Program-made: the position numbers and the translations under genes
Notes under the pieces: model-generated
What the model saw: the letters and a program-made list of their open reading frames with translations, nothing else
Told to the model about the DNA's origin: nothing
Database searches by the model: none
Shown: one piece after another, positions 42,049 to 55,858 of the stretch
How the letters are laid out: every line of letters starts with the position of its first letter
Position numbering within the stretch: position 1 is the first letter of the stretch
DNA from: Octopus sinensis
Taxonomy: Eukaryota
DNA length: 64,000 nucleotides
Reading direction: 5' to 3'
Assembly: GCF_006345805.1 (NCBI RefSeq)
Contig: NC_043000.1
Coordinates: 144,584,001 to 144,648,000 of the forward strand

Positions 42049-43078
42049 AAGATAGATAGATAGATATATATATATATATAGATAGAAAGATAGATAGATA
42101 AATAGATAGATAGATAGATAGATATGTGGATAGGTAGATAGATATATATATAGATAGATAGATAGACAGATAAATAGATAGATAAAGATACTAAGCATGG
42201 GATACGTAGTTAAATAAGACATATGTGTAAGAGCAGAAGAGATTATATTTACTAAACTGCACATAATTCAGTCAAGTAATATTGTAGTTGCTGTTGTGCG
42301 AATATTCGAATTTCATACAATGACAATAAACTGAAAATAAATCTCATAGAAAGAACAAAATGAAAAAGGAGAATGATTTTGTTATTAGTAGACTTTTACT
42401 CTATATTATTGTTCACAAGCATACACACACATACACACAGACACACACATACACACACAGTTCAAATTATTCCCTTTGTAAAGAGTTTGAAATAAATAAA
42501 TTAATACAAGCCACTTTAATTGTAAAATGTACTCGGTATCAATTTAAAACATATCAAAATACCAGACCATAACAAAACCCAGATCAATAATTAGTATGAA
42601 TAACAAATGAAAAAAACAGTTATTTTGTTATTGTAGTAGTGGAACTGGTATTTAGTGGCGGATAATTTTGAAGATGCTGTTCTTTAAAGATCATGAGGAC
42701 GAGTATAATGTAGACGATATTTAATATCAGCAATGATGACGATAACGATGATTAATGAAGAGTCGGAGGAGGGGCCCGAGAGTTAATCGGAAGATGAGGA
42801 GGAGAGGTTGGATGACGACGAAGAGGAAGAGGATTACGAAGACAATGGCGATGCTGATGATGTTCACTATGATGACGATGGAAATTGTGATGCAGAGGAG
42901 GGTATATAATAAACTACATGATGCAGCATGTGTATGTTTATCTATGAGCGAATGCGTATATGCAGGTAAATAGATTCCGTGATATTGATGTCGCGACGAT
43001 TTTTCAGAAATCCTGCATTTATAATAATTTGTAATATATAATTAATTACCATGGTCTAATACGTTCCACACACATATT

Positions 43079-43110
<32 letters not shown>

Positions 43111-43115
43111 ATATA

Positions 43116-44509
43116 CAGGGTGTTCCAAAAGAAACAGTGCAGTAGGAATATGCTAATAACCCAAAGAAACAACTCACAGAAAAATACTATTTATTGCAAA
43201 TATTCACAAATTCAATACCTTATCAACTAAAGTACGATTGAGGATTGACTCATGCAGTAAGATATGATCTACAATAACTGTTGAAAGTGTGCGCCATTCA
43301 CCTGCAGACATAAACGAGCGCGACGCTGCGTGTTTTGAAAAACACACTCAAGTTCATCAGGTTGATGTTTTGAATAACACTTGTTATTTTCTGCTTCAGT
43401 TCATCCGTAGTTCGAGGATTGTCTGCATACACTGAGTCTTTCAATTTGCCCCACAAATAAAAGTCAGGAGGTGTTAAATCCGGTGATCGAGGTGGCCACA
43501 AACCACGAGAGATCACACGATCCCCAAAGACATCACCAACTGCAGCCATACTGACACGGGCCGTATGTGCAGTTGCACCATCTTGCTGGAACCAGCCTTG
43601 TTGCTTTTCTTGCTCCGTCAGTTGATCAAAAAATGGCTCCAGGATGTTATGAATGTAACACTCAGATGTGATGGTGTTTTCAAAAAAGATAGGTCCAATT
43701 ATACGCCGCCTTGACAAAGCACACCAAACACCAACTTTTTGATCGTGGAGTGGTTTCTGAAACAGAGCATGAGGATTTATTGTAGACCACACTCTAGAGT
43801 TCTGACTGTTCATGTACCCGGACAAATGGAACCATGCTTCATCACTGAAGAATGTATGGTTTAAAATGTTTTCACCTTTCTCTAGAATAAAATTTTCAAA
43901 CCACCGACAGAAGAGTACGCGTTTTTCTGAATCCTGAGGCTTCAGTTCATGAACAACATGCACTTTATATGGAAAGAATTTAAGTTGATGCACTGCTCGG
44001 TGAGTTGATGTTAGAGATATCCTAGTTTCTTGAGACAAACGCCTCAAAGACTTCATGGGCTCCTCTGCAGTTTGTTGGTAACATTCTGTAAGACTGTATC
44101 TGTAACGACTTTTGGGCGGCCACTTTGGGTTGTCTTGAACACTTCCAGTTTTTTTGAACTTATGCAACAAAGCGGAAACACAATTTCGATGCGGCAAACG
44201 TTCTGCACCAAATTTTTCTTGAAATGACTCTTGCACTTCTTTTGTGTATTTGCCACCATCTCGGAAAACATTTTCAACAATAAATATCCTTTCTTGTAAG
44301 GTCAGCACCATTTTCAAAGGGTCCCTGAAACAAAAGAATATTTAATATAAATATCTAAAATTTAGATATCTAACTTATCTAAATATAATATTTAAAATCT
44401 TTTGGGAAAACATTTTCAACTATAAATATCCTTTCTTGTGTTCAGTGCACTGTTTCTTTATGTATACCTATGAAAATGTTCAGTGCACTGTTTCTTTTGG
44501 AACACCCTG
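43116..44509 (-). mobile_element. Tc1/mariner-superfamily transposon (rosa/DD41D-related) with perfect 26-bp TIRs in (TA)n
   Basis: TIR cagggtgttccaaaagaaacagtgca at 43116-43141, reverse complement at 44484-44509, TA on both sides. Confidence 0.95.
43269..44311 (-). pseudogene. Transposase, near-intact but with about 3 frameshifts (two compensating)
   Basis: FSDEAWFHL, WFQQDGATAH, WPPRSPDLTPPDFYLWG. The expected SGRPK segment and the NGAHFQQLL* C-terminus lie in shifted frames. Confidence 0.85.
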
Positions 44510-44561
<52 letters not shown>

Positions 44562-44800
44562 TAATCCATAATGTATATATTCATACATTCTATATAATAG
44601 CCATTTCAGTATTTCACATTAGAGGCACCTTGATATTGGGGTCATGTAGGTACTAAACTCTAATTCTCTAACGTCCACGTTGACTCCATGTTCGATACAC
44701 ACTCATTGGACGTTCTGTGGTTTGAATTAGTCCTCATCGATGAGACGTTCATAATATGTAGAGCGTCATTGGTACAATCATAGCAACATACTTGATTCCT

Positions 44801-45002
44801 AAGGCGGCGAGCTGGCAGAAAGGTTAGCACGCCGGGCGAAATGTTTAGCGGTATTTCATCTGTCTTTACGTTCTGAGTTCAAATTCCGAGGTCGCCTATT
44901 CCTTTCAACTTTTCGGGATCGAAACTTTAAGTACAACTTGCTTACTGGGGTCAACCTAATCGACTGGTTCTCTCCCCAAAATTTGCCTAGATTAGAAACA
45001 AT
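44801..45002 (+). mobile_element. SINE family B with 13-bp TSD; other copies at 52054-52285 and a 5' stub at 45372-45416
   Basis: TSD ATACTTGATTCCT at 44788-44800 and 45003-45015. Head aaggcggcgagctggcagaa, B-box gagttcaaattcc. Confidence 0.85.
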
Positions 45003-45484
45003 ATACTTGATTCCTTCCATAAAATTATTACTCATCCCCACTTTTGGGATGGAAATGTGAAACCGAATAACAGCATTATATATACAATACGAAATGTGTG
45101 GGACTTTTGAAGAATTTATGTATAAATACACACAAAGTAATTTTAGCAAGAACGATAATATTCATCATTAAATTCTTCGTGGTATTCTCATAAAATGTAT
45201 ATAGTCATACTTTCTTTATAATAACCGTTTCCATATTTCATTTTACAGTCAGCTTGATATTGGAGTCATGTAGATGCTAAACTCTAATTCTGAAATGTAC
45301 CCATCGAGGATACGATCAAAATTTGTGTTCGCAGAGTGTCACTGATGCCAGCATAACAACATACTTGATTCCTAAGACGGCAAACGTGCAGAAGCGTTAG
45401 CACGCCGGGCGAAATGTATACATACATACGTACGTACATACATAAACATATATATATATATATATGTATGTATACATACATCAT

Positions 45485-45576
<92 letters not shown>

Positions 45577-46859
45577 GTATATTAAATGATTACCCATTGG
45601 TAGCAGGGGACTTTTCCAAACCTTCATTTCCTCATACTTTTCTAGATGAAGGGAAGAAGCTATGTATGAAAGAAATCATTTAAATTTGCTGAATCTGCCT
45701 TTCCCAATTCCGGACCTATTTTGTCCATTCTGCTTCTTTATATGAACGACTATTGTCTCTAGTGCACCCTACTACTACCTTGCTCTTTCTGTGATTCTTT
45801 GTCTCTCTGACAATTATTGATGTTTCTTTTTGTTTTCTTTCAAAATGTAGGCCCCATAAACATCTTAGAGAATGATGATGCGGAAATAACGATTTTGCTT
45901 CATCCAAGAGTAGTTCATTGCTGGGATTTCAACAACATGAGCAAAAAGTATTTCTAAAATAAATTCTAACCTCAAACTTCAACACAGATCTGCACCAAAT
46001 AATCAGTGTGCGTGAGTAAGAGAAATCATTTTCATACAGAAAGCTGGCTATTAACATAAATTATATTTTATATAGCTTTCATAAATCACTCTGTATCCAT
46101 AATAACATCCCTTACACACATGCACATACTCACACGCTCACAAGCACTCACACACTCAGTGTCAGTGATATACTTTATCAAGAGAGTGAAAGTGTGATAA
46201 ATAGATTGAGAGATACACTGAGAGAAGTGAATAATGAAAGACATAAGCAAATAGAAAGAAGGAGATGGAGGGAGATCTTTTCTGTTGCTGCTACATATTT
46301 TGAAATTTGAAAATTAAGTGAAAATTTTTAAATTCGGTATGTTGATGTACCATTTTACGCTGAATTTGTTATTGTGTTTTATTCCAGAAATATTTTAGAG
46401 TAATGTAACAGAGGTTTAAAGTTTGATAATTTTTTATCCAGTCAGAAAACAGGATTTTCTGCATAATAGTTGTGTATCATAAAATGTAAGTAAACATTGC
46501 TAGACAGATTATTAAACAAAATGGCCGAATCGTTAAAAATAATTCGGTCATACGAAAAGACATAGGTAGAACAGTACGTGTGAGATAATACGCATACAAA
46601 GACAGTGTAATAAAGTGTATGATAAATATATAGAGAGATAGCTGTATTGTGACAGAGCAATCTTAGGTTTGAAGATCTAAAAGTTATTTTTCGTAGTAAA
46701 TTATATTTCTTGCTATTACGTGCAGACACATAATAATAATAATTTGAGACGCAGATATCGAAAATCAAATTCGAGATCTCAGAGCTTTAGAGACTTTTGG
46801 AGTTAAATATACATGCTTAACCATATACACACTCATTTATATCGTGCTATTAATATATA

Positions 46860-48455
46860 TATTTATTTTATTTATTTATTTATTTTATTTATTTTATTTT
46901 ATTTTATCTAGTTTCAGCTCACGGGCTGTGGAAATGCTGCGGCACCGCCATTTGGTGTTGCTACATGATTTTACTTCAGGAATGCTTTTCAGCAATTGCC
47001 ATTTGGTGCATGAGAGAGTTCGACGCAGCTGCCCTCATCTGCACCTCCTGCCGTGAAGTTGATTCATCTGGGACACCTGACAGGAAGAGATCCAGTTTTA
47101 TTTTAAAGACATCTGCATCCACCCCATGCAGGTCTCTCAGGTTCTTCGGGTGGATATTGAAGAGCTGTGGGCTTCTGAAGCCCAGGCTATCACAGTATCT
47201 TTTCCTACGTGTTGATGGCAGATTTGGAGTCCTTGGCACTATGCAGTAGCGCCCAGTTCTAGCATTTGTGTAACTCTCGATGCCAAAGTTTGGGACAAGT
47301 GCCTCTAGGATCTTCCAGATGTATATTATGGCATATCGTTCTCGCCTACTCTTTAAGGAATAGAGTCTTAATCTCTTGAGTCTTTCCCAGTAGCTTATAT
47401 GCTGCACAGAGGCTATCTTCTTCGTGTAGCTTCGTTGGATCGCCTCAAGTTCTCTGATTAACTTGACACTGGAAGATGACCATAGCTGAGAGCAATAGTC
47501 AAAGTGGCTTAGGACAAGTGTCCTCCAGAGGACCATCATGATTTCCTGGTCATTTGTTCTGAAGGTTTTAAGAATCCATCCGGTCAGCCGCCTACATTTC
47601 ATTGCCAATTTAGCAACATGCACATGAAAGATTGCATCATCACTCATGTAAATACCCAGGGCTCGCACTGATTGTGCCTCTGGGATTGCAATCCCTCCAG
47701 GTCCAGTGTATTTATTGAGTATTGCATTTAGTTTTGCATGCTGATAGCATAAAGCTTGAAACTTTTCAGCATTGAACTGTATGCTATTCTTTTCAGCCCA
47801 CTTGTATATTTTGTCTAGCTCACATTGCAGGTACTTAGTGTCTTCAGGGTTCTGTATTGCCTGTGAAACTTTTGTATCATCTGCATAACTTGTGATCGTG
47901 GCTCTCTGCGTGGCTGTGGGCATGTCTGAGAGGGCCATTATGAACAGTAGTGGTCCCAAAACAGTATCTTGCGGAACACCGCTCAGTATTTGCGTGTTAA
48001 TGGAAGTGGCCCCACTGGCTACTACCGCCTGACTTCTATCCTTCAGAAAGTCATGAAGCCATTCTCCCAATTTTCTAACTATGCCAAGATCACGCAGTTT
48101 GTGACATATCATTCCATGCTCGACTTTATCAAAGGCCTTTGCAAAGTCGAGATATATCATTTCCACATTTGAGTGGTTCAGCAGTCGTTTCAGCACCCAG
48201 TCATAGTGTTCTGGAGCTGAGTTAAGCAGCTCCTTCCTGGTCGGAAACCATGTTGGGTGTCAGGCAGCAAGTCATTTTCTTCAAGGAAGGTGATTAGTTT
48301 CCTTATGACTATTCGTTCCATGACCTTGCTGATGTGTGAGGTCAGAGAGATAGGTCTGTAGTTCTTGGCCTCCGCTTTGCTACCTCCTTTATGAATAGGG
48401 CATATTTTACCTTCCTTCAGTTTTCTTGGAAGTTTGCCAGTTGCAAGGAAGCTCT
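46860..48455 (-). mobile_element. 5'-truncated CR1/L2-group LINE; RT C-terminal ORF 48196-46976, short 3' UTR and (TAAAA)n tail
   Basis: NYRPISLTSH, QHGFRPGRSC, YLDFAKAFDKV, SGVPQDTVLGPLLF, YADDTK, HFDYCSQLW. Confidence 0.9.
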
Positions 48456-50012
48456 GATATATATATATATATATAATATATATATATATATAATATATAT
48501 ATATATATTATATATACAAAAGATATATTTTGGTTGTTGGCATCCTTTTGTCTCGGGTGAAAATGGAGTTGTACATAAACTAATCCAGTCTGTTTTTGCA
48601 TTTCACGTCCTCTCCAGTTTTGCTCAGGCCTGGGCAAGATGTAAGAAAATCCTGGGTAGCCTAATCGTCAGGATTCCTTTCTCGACCTTGCTGATGTAGA
48701 CCAAAGGAGTGTTGAGCATTACGTTTGGCACCAGCATGGTTGCAGAAGCTGCCGGAAGAGTGTCGAGTCGAATTCTAAACCGCCTAGGGGCTCCACTCCC
48801 GATTTCTTTGAAGGTTTATCTCCTTTCCGTAACGCTGGATAGGTGCTCATACCGGGTACTGTCAGCCGGGGTCAGCTGATTATATATATATGTAATCACT
48901 GTAGACAGCAGTTCGCAAATATTCACCAAGCAGGAAAACCATAATCGTCAATAATTTTGACTAGGCTTTCAGAAGAACCTGCATTGCTAGAAATAAGAGC
49001 TAAACTGCTCTAATGCTGTCGACAAAGCACATAATTTTATGCATATATGTTGGCAGGGATTGTAATCGTCCAAAACACTTTCGAAAATTCTTTATACTTA
49101 CAATCAGGTTGCCTCCCTACTAAGGACTAGCTCGCCACCGGCAGATTCCGGACCTAATTCTTTATGAGTGTTTGTTTTCATCATAAAAATTTATGGATGA
49201 TTTAGTGAATCGAATGTGTGTATACAGAAAATTAATGTAGACAACACACACGCCCACACACACACACACCCACACACACAGCCACACAAACACACACACA
49301 TATAATAAACTCATGATGAGTAAAAGAGAGAGACAGAGAATGACAGAAAAAAGGAAAATGTATTTTGCATTTGAAAACTATGGAAATATTTTTTTAAAAA
49401 ACATTTCATTTAATTTTTCCACAATTTAATTGTTTTTCGTGATTTTCACCACGTTGAAAAAGTCGCAAAGACTGAAACCTGTACTAAAATGCTCTTCATG
49501 ATAAAATTATTTTAGGATTTTATACCTTGTCTTATTGTTCCCAGCATTTCGCCAACTTCTGTTATTGAAAACAGCATCAGACATAATGATAAAACAACCG
49601 ACATATTTTTTTCATACGTTTGCCTAAACTGATAAGATCTGTACTGCAGAATCATTCAAAATACAGGGCTTAAATTTCTCTTCCTGATGCCAGATCAGCC
49701 AATTTCACAGCACGAGTAAGTTCCCTTATTTTACCAAAACTAAACACGGAGGTAAAGCTATGGAAAAGAAATGAAATATTCTCACCTATATAGATGGTCT
49801 AGCATGTTTGCCACAAATAAGGTAAAAATTATACACAAGAAAAAACAGACATTCAATCATGCACACAAGCCCACATATGTATGTGTCTGTGTTTGTTCAT
49901 ATATACATGCATGTTAGTTAGTTAGTACTTATATATATATATATATGCATAAGAGAGAGAGAGAGAGAGAGAGAGTAGTAATGAATGCACGCACACACAC
50001 ACACACACACAC

Positions 50013-50101
<89 letters not shown>

Positions 50102-50116
50102 CAGATAGATAAATAA

Positions 50117-50271
<155 letters not shown>

Positions 50272-51023
50272 CGTATATGTGTGTATGTAAGTATGTATAC
50301 ATAGGGCTGTGAAAGAGAGAGAGAAATATATAAGGATGCGAAATTTAAGTGTAAGTTTGGGATATGAGTGTCTGTGCGTGTGTGTACATGTGGATGTCTG
50401 TGAGTTGTATGTGCATACAGGATATATATATATATGTATATATATATTTTCGCTTCACCTGTCCATAGTTTAGATTTCGGCAGCACCACGAAATAGATAA
50501 ATATTCACCGATTTGAAATTCTTGACACTGCTAAGTTAAGTGAACTATAACACCCTAGATTAAAGGATGTTGAAAATTTTATACGCCATAGCTCATCGAA
50601 ATAGCACAGTTCTTGTTGCATTTAGGCTACACATGAGTAGTAACGGCATTTTGCTTTCGTGGAAAGAAACGATGTGATATTCTCATTGACTTAACTCTTC
50701 AGTTAATCAAGATGTTTTATTCATCCTTCTTGTGGAACTAAATAATCTCAAGTAGGATTTAGCTAGAAAAAAGTTTTTCGTTCGGAATGTTTCAAATTCC
50801 CTGTGAAAAATATGCAGCGCTTTGAATTTGACTTGTTTGAAGATAATGCAAAATGTATCTTCTCTATCATTCTAGATTTTTCGTTAATCTATATGTGAAA
50901 ATGCTATCATATTTAAACGCATACCAGAAAAACATACTCATATAAAACTCAGCAGAGCAAGCCAAAGTAGACAAACATATCTGTACACACACTGTCACTC
51001 GTGCATCCACCCTCAAATATATA

Positions 51024-51073
<50 letters not shown>

Positions 51074-51074
<1 letters not shown>

Positions 51075-51449
51075 TAGCAGTATCGCCCGGCGTTGCTCAG
51101 GTTTGTAAGGGAAATAACTATAAAGCATTTTAGAGAGTTATAGCCAAAAAATAGCAAAAAAATGGAAAAAATGATGGTAAATTTTTTTTTGAGATTTAAA
51201 AAAGGTAGAGTTGCGTCCCCTAGACAGTTTGTGGTTCGTATTCCTAATTCTCGACCCCATGTCGAATTTATCGATTTTTTTCAGAACTGGGGGAACTTTT
51301 CAAAATTTTCGCTGCGTTAGTTTTGAATTATGACATTGGGCTATGTGTGTGTCAAGTTTCATCAGAATCGGTTGAAAGCCGTGGTCAGGGTGAGGGTACA
51401 AGCAAACAGACACCCAGAAACACGCACAGACAAACTGCCGTTTATATAT

Positions 51450-51452
<3 letters not shown>
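51074..51452 (-). mobile_element. Non-autonomous Helitron
   Basis: Minus strand reads A|TCTATATATAAA...CTAG|T with a subterminal hairpin (cccggcgttgctcaggg). No TSD. Confidence 0.75.
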
Positions 51453-51528
<76 letters not shown>

Positions 51529-51550
51529 GTAGATATATATATATATATAT

Positions 51551-51581
<31 letters not shown>

Positions 51582-51690
51582 CAACATACATACATACACA
51601 GGAACAAATACACATACCTCAGACACATAATGTAGATACATACATATGTACACAAGCACAAACACACACACACATATATATAAATATATA

Positions 51691-51726
<36 letters not shown>

Positions 51727-54678
51727 GAGAGGAGAGAGAGAGAGAGAGAGAGAGGCTGAGCTATTGTTTGAATCATTGTAACAATAGATAATACGAAGTT
51801 TCTTTATATTATAATCTCCTCAGAACTTAGATGTGGATCCAAGTAATTGTAGCTACTTCTTGCTTGTAAGTATTGTTACTATGGGGGTAGAGAACTGTAA
51901 ATGAGGGTTACTATAAACATTCCAGCGGTATGTATTGTGAATGCTGTACGTGTGTGTATAAGTGTGCGCGTGTGTGCGTGCGTGCATATGTGTGTACTTG
52001 TGTGTGTGTATATATTAAGGTGACAGTGTGTGTATATTAAGGTGTGTGTATAAAAGGCAGCGAGCAGTGAGAAACGTTAGCACGCCGGGCGAAATGTGTT
52101 GCCGTATTTCGTCTGCCGTTACGTTCCGAGTTCAAATACCGCCGAGGTCGACTTTGCCTTTCATCCTTCCGGGGTCGATAAATTAAGTACTAGTTACGCA
52201 CTGGGGTCGATGTAATCGACTTAATCCCTTTGTCTGTCCTTGTTTGTCTCTTCTGTGTTTAACCCCTTGTGAGTAGTAAAGAAATATATATTAAGGTGGC
52301 AGTTGGTTTTCTCACATCATAACATGGTAGTACTATGTGTGGTTTCCAGGAAGCAACAGACATGCAGACTATTAGAAAAAAAAACGACTCATTTCCAACC
52401 TTAATATCGAAATTCTAGAACGAGTTTCTGCCAGTTTCTTTGCATAGGATATTGACCAAATGCTTCAGCATATAACAATCATTCATGACATTGCTGTATG
52501 GTTTCCTCGAGGATAATGGAAAGTCGATAGAAAACATAATTCCCAAGGGTAGGAAGGTTCTGATGAGACGGTCTCAAATCATCTAAAGGGGGAATTAAAT
52601 ATAGTGGAGTATTCTATTTGAAACCAATATAGTACGAGATTGAAATTTATCTCAAATGCGCTCCTAAAAAAAGGAGTCGCACATAAAGATGTCAGGGCTG
52701 TGAAAATATATCTTCATTTGGTTACTAATAAATGCTCCCGCTGTTGTTGTTTGAAGCGAACTAAGGGTGTGTAGGTTTAAGTAACATTATATTTGGTAGG
52801 TGACTATATTTTAGGAGTGCAAAGTGTGTGAGAGGAAGATATGAAAACCTGAGAGGAATATATAATCATCTACCGTTATATTGACACTAGGTTTGTATTT
52901 TGAATCAAGAATACAACACCTGCTATTATGTCAGAGAATAGTTTTCTAAATAATAAACTTAATTGGATAAAGAATTAATGGATTTCAGAAGTACAATTAC
53001 TGATTACTAATTCAGATATACTTCGAATATATTAGATATGTAAATTATCCGAATCTTAATATGAAATACGTTTTAACGTACATGTCGCTTTAATGTACAT
53101 GTTCTATATGTATAGCAACAATTTTCATATGTATATATAGATTTACGTATGGAGAATACTGAATGCTACAAATCATATATTAGGAAATTTACAGTATAAT
53201 CTCAGGCACCTCCTGATTTTATATGGTAAAATTTGTCAGAGACAATGAGAGGAACACATTGGTCGGGTTCCAGAGGCTACGTTCAGCAAAAGTATCTGCC
53301 AATGATAATCTGGAAGATAGATTTTGATTCTTTAAAACCATTTTTATTTTTGGGGTAGGCATTTCTGCATTGATTTAAAAAAAAATCAAAGCGTCAAATC
53401 TAATCCAAACACACGCATATCATCATCATTGTTCGACCGTGGTCAAGACAATGGAATTTACCACCCTACGCCATCATAGCATTAAGGAGGTCCTCTTGCT
53501 GGATGCCATATACTTATGTGTGTGTATGTGTGTGCGTGTGTGTATATTTGTATGTGTGTGTGCGCGTATACGTGTGCGTGTATACATAAATGAAGGTAAG
53601 AGCTGAGTATGTCCTTATGTATAGAATACTTATTTGGAAAATTAGAAGATAAGATTTCCGAACATTCATCAAACAATGACAATACATATTTAGAACAAAC
53701 CCGCCAAAAGAAAAAACAACTGCAATTTGCTACTATTACGTCATATAAATAATACTAATAACTGAGATATGAAAGATTTAGCGTCTTAAAGCAAGAACTA
53801 TTCCTGTTATTGTAGATGCCCTAGTATGATAAAAAAAGGGGATGTCAGGAATATCTAGATAACACCCCAGAAGAAGCATGATCAAGAGAAAACCAAAGAT
53901 TGTGCTGACAAGTGCTGCCCACATCCTTAAAAGCTATCCACTAAAGCATGCAGACTTATGTTAACGCAATCATAAAAATGATACCTCACTATTCAAGTAT
54001 ATATATATACATTATAATACTCCATTTAGACATCAACGGGGAAATTTTCTCACACAATGGTAACAAGACCTGCTTACATTGTACCAAAGAATAGTAACAT
54101 ATTCTCACATTCAAGCACCAAATCCTGAATTTTGAACTAGTCTCTTCATGCAATTACAAAACCAAAAAAAGCACTAAAACTTTTCAAACCAATGATTTCA
54201 TCTAACGACTTAATGATATCTCAACATTTTCTTAGGTACCAACTTCACCATGCATTATTCTCATAAAATAAGCAAAAACTAGTTTTACAGCTTCGCACTA
54301 AACACGCACTTAGGAATTACTTAAACCACTCCAAATCTACAAACAAAATCCACGATAAAGATTTAGCATATGTGTAAACAATAACGTACACTCATATATT
54401 TTTATATTCAAGTAGGTTAGAATACACTTTTTTTATCTTCATTTTATTTATATTTTCTTAATACTTTTAATTACTTGGATCAATATTTTAAATAACATTT
54501 TATTTTATTCTTTTTTTTAAACATGTAATGACGCAATATATTTCTAATGCCCCACTTTCGCATAAATCCATGAGCCAAAGTTAATACGTTGTAAAATACC
54601 AAATCTGAAACAGAACTGAAGAAATATTTATGGACTCAAAACCCACAAATATTATCTCCATAAAACATAAATGTTAAA

Positions 54679-54880
54679 TTATTTACATTTGACGGATATT
54701 TGTACTCATGTTATTTGTTGTTAACACAACGTTTTAGCTGATATATCATCCAGCCTTCATCAGCTGTCTTGGGGAAATTTCGAACCTGTGTTCTCATTCC
54801 CAAGATATTTTTTGTAGTGGTTAAGAGCGCGGGCTACTAACCCCAATATTTCGAGTTCTAATCCAGGTAGTGACCTTAAC

Positions 54881-54932
<52 letters not shown>

Positions 54933-55102
54933 GTAACATCGAAAAATACCTTAGAAATGAGAACCAGTTTCGAAATTTCCCCAAGACGCCTGATGAAAGC
55001 TGGAGGGTATATCAGTCGAAACGTATTATATATGACAAATATCCGTCATATATAAATAATGTAAATAATGTACATAATTCCCCATCTCTTAAATATAGAA
55101 CT
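54679..55102 (+). mobile_element. Fold-back element: inverted HHR arm, tRNA-like head, (AAT)n, HHR arm, 3' extension; 12-bp TSD
   Basis: TSD ATAAATGTTAAA at 54667-54678 and 55103-55114. Arms 54679-54812 and 54942-55059. Head 54814-54875. Confidence 0.85.
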
Positions 55103-55858
55103 ATAAATGTTAAAATTTCTACAACTAAATCAAATTACTTATAGAACAACAAACCCGTTAAGGGAATAATATTCTGAACAACAAGCTTCACATTGATCTA
55201 TTTATGAACATCGAAGCACAACATGAATAGATTTCTATACTGACTACACGATGATGTGCACAAGCAATAACCCTCATCTTCTAAACACTAACAGGAAATA
55301 CCCTAAATAATATCAACAGCAACCAAAGAAACCTTTTGACAAATAAAAAAATACCACCAACTAAGATTTTTTGGGAAAATCCTAAAAATTTCATTAGAAA
55401 GTAACTGACTCACCCACTGACAGAATTTCTCAATGATGGATTAAATTTTGGACTTCGACAAAGCAAAGTATCAAATCCAAAACAATCAATTATAACTAAA
55501 AGCAATGACACATCCACAGCCCAAATAACGTCCTCTACTCTTCGAGTCCTTTTTCTGTGAACCGCTAATTCCATGGCATGAATCTTAAAAACTTATACAA
55601 AGTGCTACACGCATGGATATATTGTCAACAATAACATAACTGCAAACTTCATTAATAAAAAAATCTATCTACAACAATGCTCCATGCCAACCTAAATATT
55701 GTGCAGTTGATTCCCACGACCACCGGAAAATACTGTTCTCAACAAAACAGTAAAGGGCCAATAATAGCTTGATGTTCCTCAGTCCGTTGATTGTTCGCCT
55801 ATCTGAAACATCGAATTTACTATCAATACTATGCCATTAATTTATTATATATATACAT

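Noticed and set aside
42680-42910. Acidic D/E-rich reading frame
   Set aside because: It has an in-frame stop and looks like a decayed GAN trinucleotide repeat rather than an exon.
52555-52585. CTGATGA-gacggtc possible hammerhead
   Set aside because: No GAAA or stem III follows.
54814-54875. tRNA gene call (also 60565-60635)
   Set aside because: The acceptor stem is incomplete, the B-box is mutated, and the sequence is fused to repeat bodies. These are SINE-type heads.
54010-55830. Flanks of the fold-back element look like a decayed PLE N-terminal region with an eroded HHR near 55767-55812
   Set aside because: Similarity is too patchy to support boundaries or a call.
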